This document shows positions 35,911 to 48,989 of a stretch of DNA of 64,000 bases, in pieces. The notes under the pieces are model-generated. The model was not told where the DNA came from. It made no database searches and saw only the letters and a program-made list of their open reading frames with translations. Where the stretch lies: the NCBI GenBank assembly GCA_964016885.1, contig OZ024741.1, forward strand, positions 282,100,001 to 282,164,000, in the 5' to 3' direction. The stretch's first letter is position 1, and the number at the start of each line of letters is the position of its first letter. The position numbers and the translations under genes are program-made. This DNA comes from Eledone cirrhosa (lineage: Eukaryota).

Positions 35911-38417
35911 AGGTGAGTTTTATTGGAGTACAATAAAGCTATGCAGATATCGGATAAGTAGCACTCTACAGCTTGTAGGACTGGAGTATAAATAATATAT
36001 AAGATCAAAAGATGGTTAAAAGAGTTCCATGTATTTTATTATTTTATTATGCGCATTTCAAAAACAAATATCATCATGCAATAACATTTGCGTTTTCGTC
36101 AGATAAAATAGGGAGACATGATATGAAGGTTAAAACACACTTGTGAATAGTGCAGTTTTAAATCAACATATGAAAGTAGTTTTAGATTGATGTGATATTT
36201 GGAAAAAAAAAATTTGAGGGGGGAGGGGGAGGTTGGAAAGGATGAAAAAGAGGAGGAGATGAGAGTAAAAAGTGGAGGGGGAGGAGTATAATGAGGAAGG
36301 ATGAGATAGGAGGAGAGATGGGTGATAGAGAGAGAGAGATAGCTTTTATAACTGAGAAAAATATATTTTTTTACATAGAGAGGTTGAAAAACCGTTGGAA
36401 GATAATATATAAATTAAAAGAATTTGAAAACTAACGAAGAGAAAAATTTAGAATAATGTTAAATTAAGGTTTGTATATTTAAGCGTTTAATAATATGTGC
36501 GATGAAAAGAAATTGTTAATATGTATTAAGAATAATATTTAAGGGTTTAATAATATGTGCGATGGAAAGAAATTGTTGATATATATTATTAAAAAAATAT
36601 ATATATATAAAAATATAGCAATAGTAATGTAAGTAAAGATATATTGTGTAAGAAGTAGAAGATTGGATGAATAAGTGTAATATGTATAAGTTAGATGTGC
36701 ATGAAAGGAAGAAAAAAATAATGAATTGAGGATGAATAATCTAACGTCAAAAAAATGTTTATGTTTACGAAGGATTTTTTCAAGGTGATATAAAGTAAGA
36801 ATATATTGTGCTGTGTAATACTTGTTTCTACGTTAGGCACAATGATAATTGAGAAGTATCTAGGAAGAAAAGGTACAGATTAGGGGTTAGAAATTAAAAG
36901 AAAAAGAAAAGAAAAAAGGAAAAAAGAAAGAAAGGGAAGTGATAAATAGGAGTGATATAGAATAAGTAACTAGTATTATATAATTTATAATAAATAACAT
37001 TGAAATAAGGTAGAAAGATGGGTATATTTTTAAAGAAATATATATGTATATATATATATATGTGCCTTTGAGAAAAGGATTTTAAATTGATAAAGTATTA
37101 GATATTAACTGTATACTTTATGGAATGTTCTGTGGAATTTATGCAAGCAGAGAGAAAACAAGTCAGTGCGTCTATTTATTATAGGATCTAAATTAGATAT
37201 AATGGTAAATTTTTCACATAAACAGAGATTGCATGTCTTGGATAGAGAACTGTTCAAGTATGAAGAAGCAGAACAACCTTCTTCCAAGAGATGTTATAGT
37301 TAATATTTTTGTCTTTCAAGGACCATATAAGTTCTGTGAGTGCCGTGTTGGTTCTTTTAAGTTGGTATTTAAAAGATGAATGATGATTATAAAGACGAGC
37401 TTTAAAGGAGGTGGAAGTGGAGCCAAAATAGGTAAGGGAATTGGTGTCAGTTATAACTTTACATTCGTAGATTAAGTTTTTTTCAAGACAATGGTTGTTG
37501 AGAGGACATTTATTTTTAACAGGGCAATTGCAATTGCGATTAGAGAGATTAACAGAGTTATTAACAAGTGACCTAGTGTTATCTATAGAAGGGATTGGAT
37601 TGGAGAAGTTATTTACGATAGGAATAATAGTTTCTTGATTTAGAATGGGATAAAGAACATTTAGCGAAGTTGCGTTTGACGTTGTATTTGGGTTTGCAGA
37701 AATTAGCCTAGAGTTTACAATGACGTCCGGAGCACTATTACTATTATTATGATATTCAGTGTTGGAAGGAAGAGATTTAGTATTTAGTATTTTATTGTTG
37801 TGTTTAGAGGAGATGTTGGAGGAGGTCGAATATGAAAATTTTATAGTGTGTTTGTTAAATATTTTACTATAGATATGTGAGGGAGGGAAGCATTTATTTA
37901 AGGCACTAAAGAATAATTTAGGAATATTATTATTAATAGAGATGGAGAAAGGAGCATTATACCAGATTATGTTTTTGTATCTAGGTCTTTTATTAAAGTT
38001 ATTGGAATGATCATGATTAATTATTCTACTGTAAGATCTTCTAGAATTTGTTTCTTTACTATATTTGATTTTATCAGGATAACCGGCTTTAGAAAGCGCG
38101 TTATTATAGTAATTGGCGTTAGCATCAAAGATGTTTTTATTAGAAGATAGGTTAGATATTCTTTTTCCAATATTACTAACTATAGCATTCTTAATATTAG
38201 TGGGGTGGTTAGATTTAAAATTAACATAATTTAGGGTCTCATTGTTTTTATGGTAAGGGTAATATAGGCCAGTGTCAAGATTAAGAGATACATCCAAGAA
38301 ATTAGCTAGTTTGATGCTGTTATCAAATTCAATTTTTAAGTTATGTTGGTTAAAGAGATTACGTATATTGTTCTTAATAATATTAAGGTTAACTATGTTG
38401 CAATTTAAGATAGTAAA

Positions 38418-38421
<4 letters not shown>
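35907..38421 (-). mobile_element. Penelope-like element (RT thumb + GIY-YIG), 5'-truncated, flanked by (TA)n
   Basis: ORF 37254-38531 beyond the TA run: NFLDVSLNL, SNHP, IIWYNAPFS, CNC..CPL...C, LIYEC..YFGSTSTSFKARL.NH; frameshifted tail 37105-37287 CNLCLCEK...CLH. Confidence 0.9.
36040..36110 (-). ncRNA. Hammerhead ribozyme in the 3' end of the Penelope element
   Basis: UAUUUUAU-CUGACGA-stem II-GAA-AUGCGCAU-A-AUAAAAUA: perfect 8-bp stem I and palindromic stem III. Confidence 0.85.
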
Positions 38422-38470
<49 letters not shown>

Positions 38471-38482
<12 letters not shown>

Positions 38483-39752
38483 TGTATATATAATGTATTT
38501 TGCAATACACTTTATGCTTAATTAAAAGCATTTTGAAGACCGTATGCTATTGTTTTAGAGTAGTGACAAACTCACTTACTTTAATCTCAGCAAACAGGGA
38601 GAGATAAAGCCGACAAGGCCTTGTTTCGCATTTTTTTATGCTTATCAAGGCTAACTACTCCCTCATGTCTACTGAGATCACTGATGTTATATTCTTATAG
38701 AATTCTAGTAAATAATCAGGAACTGATTATTCAGAGCGGTTGCCGGTCAGGCAGAAATTAAAAATTAGAATTGGAGCTCTGAAATAGCAATATATATATG
38801 AATGTATATATAATGTATTTTGCAATACACTTTATGCTTAATTAAAAGCATTTTGAAGACCGTATGCTATTGTTTTAGAGTAGTGACAAACTCACTTACT
38901 TTAATCTCAGCAAACAGGGGGAGATAAAGCCGACAAGGCCTTGTTTCGCATTTTTTAATGCTTATCAAGGCTAACTACTCCCTCCTGTCTACTGAGATCA
39001 CTGATGTTGTATTCTTATAGAATTCTAGTAAATAATCAGGAACTGATCATACAGAGCGGTTGCCGGTTAGGCAGAAATTAAAAATTAGAATTGCTATTTC
39101 AGAGCTCCAATTCTAATTTTTAATTTCTGCCTGACCGGCAACCGCTCTGTATAATCAGTTCCTGATTATTTACTAGAATTCTATAAGAATATAACATCAG
39201 TGATCTCAGTAGACAGGAGGGAGTAGTTAGCCTTGATAAGCATAAAAAAATGCGAAAGAAGGCCTTGTCGGCTTTATCTCCCCCTGTTTGCTGAGATTAA
39301 AGTGAGCTTGTCACTACTCTAAAACAATAGCATACGGTCTTCAAAATGCTTTTAATTAAGCATAAAGTGTATTGCAAAATACATTATATCTACATTCATA
39401 TATATATTGCTATTTCAGAGCTCCAATTCAAATTTTTAATTTCTGCCTGACCGGCAACCGCTCTGTATAATCAGTTCCTGATTATTTACTAGAATTCTAT
39501 AAGAATATAACATCAGTGATCTCAGTAGACAGGAGGGAGTAGTTAGCCTTGATAAGCATAAAAAAATGCGAAAGAAGGCCTTGTCGGCTTTATCTCCCCC
39601 TGTTTGCTGAGATTAAAGTAAGTGAGTTTGTCACTACTCTAAAACAATAGCATACGGTCTTCAAAATGCTTTTAATTAAGCATAAAGTGTATTGCAAAAT
39701 ACATTATATATACATTCATATATATATTGCTATTTCAGAGCTCCAATTCTAA

Positions 39753-39755
<3 letters not shown>
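38471..39755. repeat. 320-bp unit in a tandem/inverted array (two direct, then two inverted), each with a U3-A8 hammerhead
   Basis: Units ~38471-38790, 38791-39092, 39091-39407(rc), 39408-39727(rc); hammerheads at 38608-38652 and 38928-38972 (-), 39229-39273 and 39545-39589 (+). Confidence 0.9.
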
Positions 39756-39834
<79 letters not shown>

Positions 39835-40256
39835 GTTGAAAAGGTAACACACTAGAGAGAGATATACAGTGCACTATCAATAAAACAGGAAAAAAACCAC
39901 CAGTGTATGGAATCTATAACCTATGAAAGGCAGACTATAGACACGATAATTAAAAATATAAATTAAAGCTTAAATAAATACCTCTATAACTATATAACAC
40001 ACGTACAAATTCAGAGATCTATTTCGCCAGTAAGTTGTTGACAGAAATGAAATAACCCCGGTTCCTCAGCTTCAGACAACACTAAGAGAATTTTGGCGTC
40101 AAACTTTTCCTTTTGAAAGAAAAATGGCGCCAAACTTTTTCCTTTTGAAAGAATAATGTGATTTGTCACGTGATGTGAATACGTAGACAGCATTCTCCTC
40201 ACGACACGAAGGGCGATCGCAAACATATATACATATACACTCAAACACATACACAC

Positions 40257-40329
<73 letters not shown>

Positions 40330-40448
40330 GCAGAAACACACACATACAATAACGACAAGTACTACGATTCTGGAGGAACGAATGATGGAGAAGATGAAAC
40401 TCTCTGCCGCAGAATAAATGGTATTTAATTTTAATAATAATACTAATA

Positions 40449-40494
<46 letters not shown>

Positions 40495-40981
40495 TAATTG
40501 AATTGATTATCATTATTGTTTTTATGGCAAAAGATAGACAGAGAGGGAAAGAGATAGACAGAGGGAAAGATCTTGTTTGACATATATATATATATATGAT
40601 AGAAAGAAGAGAAAAAGACGAGACCCTTAGAAACGAATAAGAGTCATCAAAGCTATCATATGTATTGCTTTAAACTGTAATGCTAAGGGATACACTAGTA
40701 TTTGAGGTACCATCATTTGGGATTTTAACCCTCGGACTTTTCCCTCCCGGTTTTGAAATTTAGGGAAAATTTAGGGGTGACTGGGAATATTACATAATGT
40801 AGGGATTTTCTTTTCCTTTTCTATCATTTCTTATTTATGTATTTATATATTTATTTATCTACTCTCGTGATTGATATTCCGACAAATGTTAGGGGTGTAT
40901 TTTGGTTTTTTATTATGTCAGGTATAGCATCCAAAAATTTCTCCCTTCCCCCAATATATATATATATATATATATATACAA

Positions 40982-41062
40982 ACACAATGTCCCAAAAAAT
41001 GTATACACACTTCAACAGCAAAGTAATCAAAGTGTGTATATATTTTGGAGGAGACACCGTGT
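40982..41062. mobile_element. Tiny Tc1/mariner-type MITE
   Basis: ACACAATGTCCCAAAAAATGTATACACACTT ... AAGTGTGTATATATTTTGGAGGAGACACCGTGT imperfect TIRs within TA repeats. Confidence 0.55.
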
Positions 41063-41063
41063 G

Positions 41064-41096
<33 letters not shown>

Positions 41097-41347
41097 ATGT
41101 GTAACTAGTAAAACTGTAAAAACGCAGCGGTATATTCTAATTTGGCCCTTTGAAGGGCCACCTATATTTTCATTTAAGTAACTCCACTTACATCTATATG
41201 CTTTAATAAAAAATAAATAAAAAACGCGTGAAAAAAAAAAAAATTTAAATTTAAGTAACTCTACTTACGCGTGGTAGTAATACGGAAATAAACGATGTTT
41301 TGCTTTCATCGGCTGCTTCGACTGACAGCTAATAGCGTTGTAGTGCC

Positions 41348-41687
41348 AAAATCCTTTACAGCAGGCATGTCAAACATGCGACCCGCACAAGGTTTTTACA
41401 GCGCATGTATGTTTTATCTTCGTAAAATTAGTTGTAATGTACGCAATTAGTTGTCGTGTATGGCCCTCAGACAACATACATGTGACCCATGTGGTCCTCA
41501 GTTTCACATCCCTGCTTTACAGTATTTTGCTTACGGCTCTCTAACTTCTGAGTCCATATCGCACTGGAGTCAATTCTGACTTGCATCCTTCCAAGGGGCG
41601 ATAAAGAGTGCCAGCTAAGTATTGGGATCTAAAATAATAATTTTAAAAAAATGCGGGCTTTGTGCTTAAATTAGATACCAATTATTT
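41348..41687 (+). mobile_element. SINE 3' half (continuation of 17255-17299), itself interrupted by a hAT MITE
   Basis: TTACAGTATTTTGC..CTTCTGAGTCC..TGCATCCTT..GATAAA..GCCAG..CTTTGTGCTTAAATTAGATACC matches the SINE body and tail. Confidence 0.7.
41362..41514. mobile_element. hAT-type MITE with 8-bp TSD CTTTACAG
   Basis: CAGGCATGTCAAAC...GTTTCACATCCCTG; CTTTACAG at 41354-41361 and 41515-41522. Confidence 0.85.
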
Positions 41688-42827
41688 TCTGACTTTCAAG
41701 AACTCTCTCTAAAAAAAAAAAAATAATAAAACATACAACAATATTTTACCAGAACAAAATCCGGTACCACGTTAAACACAAAGTATACATTGAGTATATA
41801 TGATTAAAAAAAGGGGTGCGAAATAACAGAACCGTGAGAACGTCAGAGAGAATGCTTTTCGGTATGTTGTTTGTCTTTGCACTAAAATCTCGTTGGTCAA
41901 CTTTATTTTTCATATTTTCGAGTCGATTGCTATTCTCTTTTCCTCTGGAAAAGGCCGCCTGTTTAGATCTGGAGAGCCAGACCTTCCGCCAGGTTAAAAG
42001 GTTTAAGAATATTACGATAGCACCCGTACGACTCCAACAGAAATTAAAGGTTCATTGAATTTAGATACATGGTGAGCGGGGGAGGCAACTCTGGTCAAGT
42101 TTCCATTTCATAAATGGAGTCGTTCGTTTTTTTTTTAAAGAGTGCATTGCATACTTTTTTTAATTTCCTTATTACGTGCATGTCAACACATCGATGTGCT
42201 GTGTTAAGCATTTCTTTCTTATAAATAAATTACATATAATCTGCCTTATATTTCGCACTTCATATTACTGTTGAATTATGAAGGGAGCAACTAGCGCTGA
42301 GTGTATATGGACACTGGATAGAGCTGTCAACATTTTTCGAAGAAGAGGAAAAAATAGCGTTATTTACCACCAAAAACCCTGCACAACTATATCATCTATT
42401 TGGAGACAGGATAGTAGATTATATATTCTAGCCTTTATCAGTATCATCATCAACGTTTTTACATCCATTTTTCCATGCTTGCATGGATTGGACAGGTTCT
42501 TTTCAGCACAGTGTCTCTCCACTCACCACGTTCCTTTATCATCTCCTCGGTGGGTCTCATTTACTATGATGATAAAATCAATCCTTTACTAAAAAAGATT
42601 TGTTTCTGTCACAACCCATGTTAAACAATGACCAGTTGTATGTAGCTCTAAGTAGGTTCAGAAATCCAAATTGAAATTCCAGACTGAAGATTATGAAAGT
42701 CAAGAAAATCTTGCAGATTCAACAGTCTTCAGAAAGGATGTTGTAATTAGGGAATTATTACATCAAAATCTTTCTTTTGATAGAAAGGCCCATCATTATT
42801 GATGGGTATTATACTAGTATATATAAT

Positions 42828-44843
42828 CATCATCCTCGTTTTTACATCCATTTTTCTATGCTTGCATGGGTTGGATAGGTCCTTCTCAGCACAGCATCTC
42901 TCCACTCGCATTTCTTTGTCATCTCTTCTGTGAGTCAGAGCGACTCGAGGTCAGGTTTCACAACCTCTGCCCATGTTTTTCTTGGTCAACCTCTACTGTG
43001 GCTTTCTTCCTTTGGAATTTCCTGGCATTTCTTCACCCAGCGATGATCATCCATGTGCATCACATGTCCATACCAATGCAGTCTTCTCTCCTGCACACCA
43101 CCTCAGATTCCTCTTAAACCCAGTTGTTCCTTCAACTTGTCCAAGATCTATCTTTGTCTCACACTTACATTACACATCCAATGAAGCATGGTTGCTTCAT
43201 TTCACTCCAATCTATGCATGTCCTTTGAAATCACAGTACATGTTTCACTACCATACAGCATCACACTTCACACACAGGTGCCATACAGTCATCCTTTTGT
43301 ATGTAGGGAGAAACCTTTTGTTGTCAACAGTGCAAGTGGCTCTCTCAATTTCTTCCTTCCTATCCTTATTCTAGCTATAATACTCTCAGAGAACCCTCTT
43401 TCGTTGCTAATTAAGTAACCAAGATAGCAGAAGCTATCAACCACTTCTATAGATCCTTTATGTGATTGGAAAAGGTTTATATCACTGACACTCTTCCTCT
43501 CGATTACCCCTGGGCATCTTCTACATACAAAATCTTCCCTTCCTGTTAGTCTACCTGTAATCGCCCTACATCTCTTGTGTACCTAAGATTTTCATTGTGT
43601 ACATTATATAGAGTTTATGCATACGCCTTTTCTACATATTGAGCAAGGCCACTTCCCTGAGGGAATCAGGGTCCTATTTTCTTTCCTACTTACTAGCACT
43701 TTAGTTTTGGCTAATTTTATTCTCAGATCTTTTGATTCCAAATTCTGTTTACATAGTCAGAACTTATTCTCTGGGTCTTTTATGGATTCAACTATCAGGA
43801 CCAGATCATTCGCATAGAGAAGTTCCCATGGGCAGCAACTCTTAAACTCTTCTGTTATGGCCTGGAAAACTATGATGAATAGTAGTGAGCTAAGAACTGA
43901 ACCCTGATGAACTCCTACCTGTACCTTGTATTCTTCACTAAACTCCTATTATCATTTTACTGACAGCTCCTCTGTCCATGGCTTGCACTGCTCTCATCAA
44001 CCATTCTTCCATACCTAATTTCCTTAAGGACCACCAGATAATAGATCGAGCTACTCAGTCAAAGGCCTTTTCTAAATCAACAAAAGCTAAATATAGCGAC
44101 TTATTCTTGGCTTGGAACTTCTCTTGTAGTTGCCTCACTAGAAAGAGGGCATCTGTAGTACGTTTCCCAGGCATGAAACCAAACTGCATCTCATCTAATT
44201 TGAATCTTTCCCTAATTATCTACGATATAACTCTTTCTGTCATTTTCATAACCTAGTTCATTAGTTTTATTCATCTATAGTTGCTCCTTTCTAGATCATC
44301 ACCTTTGCCCTTGTAGCAATTTATGATTGTACTGCTGCACCAGTCATTGGATATGACACTGTTCTGTATTACCTGATTGACTATGCAGTTACTAGTTTGA
44401 CTCCTTCCTCTCCCAATGTTTTTAGCATCTCGGCAACTATCTCTGATGGTCCTGCAGCTTTATCATTCTTCATCTCTGATTGCTACTTTGATCAGCTGAA
44501 AACTGTCAATTTCAATAGCTGGTCCTAGGAAATTTTTGGGTAGTTTCTCTTCCTCTCATTCATTCTCTACATTCATCAGTCTCTCAGTAACATTTCCAGG
44601 CCTCATTCTCTTGAGCATCAGTGGTACTAAATGCTCCAGTGTTCTTTCTAACACACACTTCCCCAACAATATCCTGATTTACATTGACACCCTGTCTTTC
44701 AATGCAGAACACTTGAAGTCTCTGATTCTCACATCAAATGTTGGCAAACTTTCTTTCTTCAGCCCCTCTTCGAGCTGAGTATATTGTCATCTAGCTTCTC
44801 TCTTAGCTACCAGGTATGTGTCTCTGCTACCCCCATTTTCCTG
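42828..44843 (-). mobile_element. Old, degenerate RTE LINE
   Basis: Minus strand keeps remnants of KGKGDDLERSNY, FVDLEKAF, VHQGSVLS, YAND and the zinc finger; (CAT)n tail. Confidence 0.9.
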
Positions 44844-45126
44844 CAGTCAATGTGGACCAATCCATTCATAATCTTTGTTTACGAAGCCAAGCCATGATGA
44901 TGATGATGTGTATATAATCTCTACCCACATGAAATCATCTCTCTCACTATTAACATATAAGTGTACACTCTGCTTTCTTATTTGGTTGGTATCCTAATGA
45001 TGCTGGCTTAATTAAAGCATTGAGTGAGTGACAGAACGTTCGGAGATACACTGTTCTTCCGATGACTTTGTTTCAACACTGAGATGTTAACCATTTAACA
45101 TCTCAGGGTATGTCATGTATCATTAT

Positions 45127-45179
45127 ATTTTGTTTGATGAGGACGTACTGTTGTACCTCTGAAATATGTATAATAAAAT
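45127..45179 (+). ncRNA. Hammerhead motif (U3 variant), solo pLTR-like
   Basis: AUUUUGU-UUGAUGA-GGAC-GUAC(UGUU)GUAC-CUCU-GAA-AUAUGUAU-A-AUAAAAU. Confidence 0.7.
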
Positions 45180-45324
45180 TTAATTGATCAAAAGAACATC
45201 TATTTTATTAATATTTGTATTTTAATATTAATAACTCTGGAAAATTATTTTGCTGTAGAGTGCTTCCAATCTACTGTAAAACTCATTCTTTGACATACTC
45301 ATTGAATCTTGTTTAACTCTTTAA

Positions 45325-45387
<63 letters not shown>

Positions 45388-45745
45388 GCATATATATATA
45401 TATATATATATATATGCATATATATATATATGCATCATCATCATCATCATTTCATTTTACGTCCACTTTTCCCTGCTTGCAAGGGTGGGACGGGAACTGA
45501 TTCTGGCTTGATTTCTACAGCTGGATGCCCTTCCTAACACCAACCTCATTTACAGTGAGTGATGGGTGCTTTTTTTGCAGTGGAATGATATGGACCCCAA
45601 TCCCTACCATCTCATTTCTACAGCTGAGTAAACTGGAGCAATGTGAAATAAAGTGTCTTGCTCATGGAAACAACACATCACCCGGTCTGAGAATTGAACT
45701 CACAACCTTTCGATTGCAAGGCCAATGATCTAACCACTAAGCCAT

Positions 45746-45817
<72 letters not shown>

Positions 45818-45828
45818 GTATATATATG

Positions 45829-45955
<127 letters not shown>

Positions 45956-46083
45956 AAAGTTATATTTAAATTGTTGGGTTAACAACGAGTAAATATTTAT
46001 AACTGATATAAAAGCACTCAACAAGTATTTGGAGTATATTTATGATATTAAATAAATGGAAACTATATTTATAAAACCATATT

Positions 46084-46149
46084 TATTTCATTATATATAT
46101 TTCAGGGATATCATATTAACAATATGTTATGCCTTCATCAGACAAAATA
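46084..46149 (-). ncRNA. Hammerhead ribozyme (inverted pLTR copy)
   Basis: Reverse complement of 48924-48989. Confidence 0.85.
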
Positions 46150-46276
46150 CAATATAAACAGTCTTATAAATAAATAGATATGACATACCTTTCAATCGAC
46201 TTGCATTTGGGAAGTTTAGTGCCTAAATAAGGCACTAAATTACGCATTCAAACATACAGACCTAACTAGCAATGAA

Positions 46277-47626
46277 ATGCACATTATATTATCGGCTAGG
46301 AAAACATTGATAGAATTTAATGACCAACTATGGACCCGAGCAGATAGAGATAACAATTTTGACATTACTATGGGATCATCCGACTCGGCTCAGGTAACTG
46401 ACCTTGTGGGCTTGTTTTTAATCAATTCGCTGCATAGGAAAATACCTGATACTACCGGAGGTTTATATAGAGATGACATGTTTTTACTTATTGATAATAA
46501 TAACTCTGAACTAAATAGGAAAAGAAAACAAATTACACAATTTTTTAATCACTTTAATCTAAAAATAGAAATTGAGAATAACCATAGAATAGTCAACTTC
46601 CTAGATATAACATTAAATCTCAACACATGTCTTCACTATCCATTTCACAAGTTGAATGAAAACTTAAACTATGTCAGTTTTAACTCTAACCACCCCAGAT
46701 CTGTTAAAAATACTATAGTAAACTCTGTTCAAAAACGTATCTCTAGAATCTCATCTAATAAAAAGATTTTCGACGAAAAAGCCCATTATTACAATGAAGC
46801 GTTAGCTAGAGCAGGATATAGTGATAAAATTATGTACATAGATAATGATAAACAAATTAAACAAAATAACAACTATTTTAATTACGGCCACAACCTTAAC
46901 AACTATAATAGAAAGCATTACAATAATTCCAAAAACCATAAAAGAAATAGAACTAGGAATATAATATGGTTTGCCCCCCCTTTCTCACTAAACATTAAAA
47001 CCCACATCGCTAAACTATTTTTTAAAGCTCTTGATAATCGCTTCCCTAGAACACATAAGTATCACTTAATTTTCAATAGACATACTATAAAATTAACCTA
47101 CTCATCCACCAAAAATTTAGCACAAAATATTAATAGAATAAATAATAGGAACTTAAAACCTAGCGATAATAGCATAAATAATATCCAAGTTAACAAATGT
47201 AACTGTAGAGATAGATCTAAATGTCCGTTAAATAACAACTGCTTAGTTAAAAATATAATATACAACTGTAATGTTAAAACGGACGTTAATTCTTTTAACT
47301 ACGTTGGTTCCACATCGACGGAATTTAAACTTCGCTATAACAACCACAAGAATTCTTTCACAGATCCATCCAAAAAATCTTCAACAGCACTATCAGGCGT
47401 ACTCTGGCAACTTAGGCATGATAACGTTAGATATTCGACGACTTGGAATATAGTTTCAAGAGGGATTCCTTTTAATTCATCCTCTGAGACATGTGACCTC
47501 TGTGCGGAGGAGATATTCTTTATACTAAAATCTAAAAATTCCCTTAATCTACGGACAAATTTATTCAGTTGCTGCAGACATAGATTGAACTCAACGTTTA
47601 AATATAAATTTAAATTTAAAATGTAG
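46277..47626 (+). CDS. Penelope-like RT (C-terminal part) + GIY-YIG endonuclease, 5'-truncated but uninterrupted
   Basis: FDITMGSSDSAQ (RT motif B'), LYRDD, NFLDITL, SNHP, CNCRDRSKCPLNNNC, IIYNC..YVGST.TEFKLRYNNH, CDLC..E..CRH. Confidence 0.9.
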   Translation: MHIILSARKTLIEFNDQLWTRADRDNNFDITMGSSDSAQVTDLVGLFLINSLHRKIPDTTGGLYRDDMFLLIDNNNSELNRKRKQITQFFNHFNLKIEIENNHRIVNFLDITLNLNTCLHYPFHKLNENLNYVSFNSNHPRSVKNTIVNSVQKRISRISSNKKIFDEKAHYYNEALARAGYSDKIMYIDNDKQIKQNNNYFNYGHNLNNYNRKHYNNSKNHKRNRTRNIIWFAPPFSLNIKTHIAKLFFKALDNRFPRTHKYHLIFNRHTIKLTYSSTKNLAQNINRINNRNLKPSDNSINNIQVNKCNCRDRSKCPLNNNCLVKNIIYNCNVKTDVNSFNYVGSTSTEFKLRYNNHKNSFTDPSKKSSTALSGVLWQLRHDNVRYSTTWNIVSRGIPFNSSSETCDLCAEEIFFILKSKNSLNLRTNLFSCCRHRLNSTFKYKFKFKM

Positions 47627-48584
47627 TTATGTTTGATTTGATTTATAATTATTTATGAAACTAGCCGATAAATCTTTCGATTTCTTCTTTTTATTAAAAC
47701 ATTCTTTTTATTAAAACATTCTTCATGAATAATTAAACTACCCTAAAAGCTGATGCTCCAAATATATCGAATTAAATTTTACACTAGATAAACTTCTATA
47801 TTAAATATAAGAACATATGTAGACCAAATGGGTATCCTAAACTTTTGGAATGATTTCTGCTAGACAGGATTTGGTAAATAATTTTTGTTTTATCTGTTTC
47901 GACTCTGATGCTTATGATGAACTTGGCAATATATTGTCAATTAACTTTGAAAGGCTGATCTTTTGTGGCCGATTTGCGTGGCATACTATGTTTTATTTTT
48001 ATTATTTTTTAATATTTTTTTAATATTAAATGTTTTAGTTTTCTGTTTATTTATTTATTTTCTTGTCTCTGATATTTTTATTTTTATTTTTATTTTTATT
48101 TTTATTTTTATTTTTATTAATATATTGAAATCTGTTCTCTATTTCTGCTTGATCGACAATCATGTAGAGTAAAGACAAGAATAGTATTGTTAAAATTAAT
48201 ATAGACTCTATATATATGTGTATATATACACACATATATGTATACTTGAATTTATAGCACAATGAGAATGTTTTCGTGTGAATTGGGAGTTTGTTTATAA
48301 TTATGATATAAACATATGAATTTTTAAAAACTAGACATAAGATCATTACTTTTCACACATTATAGATACATGTCTCATTCATGAATACTGATATTTACAT
48401 TATAATGCCTGTTTTATACGAACTAATATTTTCTACATGATGAAACATAGCGTTTTTTAAATTCTGCCTCGTTTATGTCTGGTTATTTTTCATTTTCTCT
48501 TTTTCATTTTCTCTTTTTTCTCTCTATATAACGGCTATTTTCTCTCTTAACTACATACATCTCTCTTTACATTAATACTAGAGC

Positions 48585-48615
<31 letters not shown>

Positions 48616-48923
48616 ATGTATCAACTGATACTCAACTACCTAGTTTCTATATCTATCTCTATCTATCTCTTTCTTTTTTTCCTCTCTCTATATATCTCTC
48701 TCTGTTCCTTTACATGAAGTTCTTCTCTTTATCTATCTTTCTATATCTCTCTATTTAGTCACATGCATTTCTTCTTTTTCTTCGTTTTTCTTTCTTTCTT
48801 TCTTTCTTTCTCTCTTTCTTTTTACAACTGTCCACAATATTTTTTACTGCCAAATCAACTTCCCAAATGCAAGTCGATTGAAAGGTATGTCATATCTATT
48901 TATTTATAAGACTGTTTATATTG

Positions 48924-48989
48924 TATTTTGTCTGATGAAGGCATAACATATTGTTAATATGATATCCCTGAAATATATATAATGAAATA
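48924..48989 (+). ncRNA. Hammerhead ribozyme in the 3' pLTR (sense strand)
   Basis: UAUUUUGU-CUGAUGA-AGG..CAUAUU(GUU)AAUAUG..CCU-GAA-AUAUAUAU-A-AUGAAAUA. Confidence 0.85.

Larger units (their letters stand above)
17300..41347. mobile_element. Giant (24,048-bp) TIR element, Merlin-like, with 8-bp TSD AAAATCCT
   Basis: Perfect 28-bp TIR GGCACTACAACGCTATTAGCTGTCAGTC (17300-17327 / 41320-41347); further inverted similarity over ~200-250 bp; AAAATCCT at 17292-17299 and 41348-41355; the flanks rejoin into one SINE. Confidence 0.75.

Noticed and set aside
40012-40080. Hammerhead candidate on the minus strand (CUGAGGA...GGC-GAAA-UAGAUC)
   Set aside because: Core and a plausible stem II are present, but no stem I partner was found; not counted.
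42684-42735. CTGAAGA...GAAAGTC hammerhead-like string
   Set aside because: Only 4 nt lie between the core halves, so there is no stem II, and no stem I.
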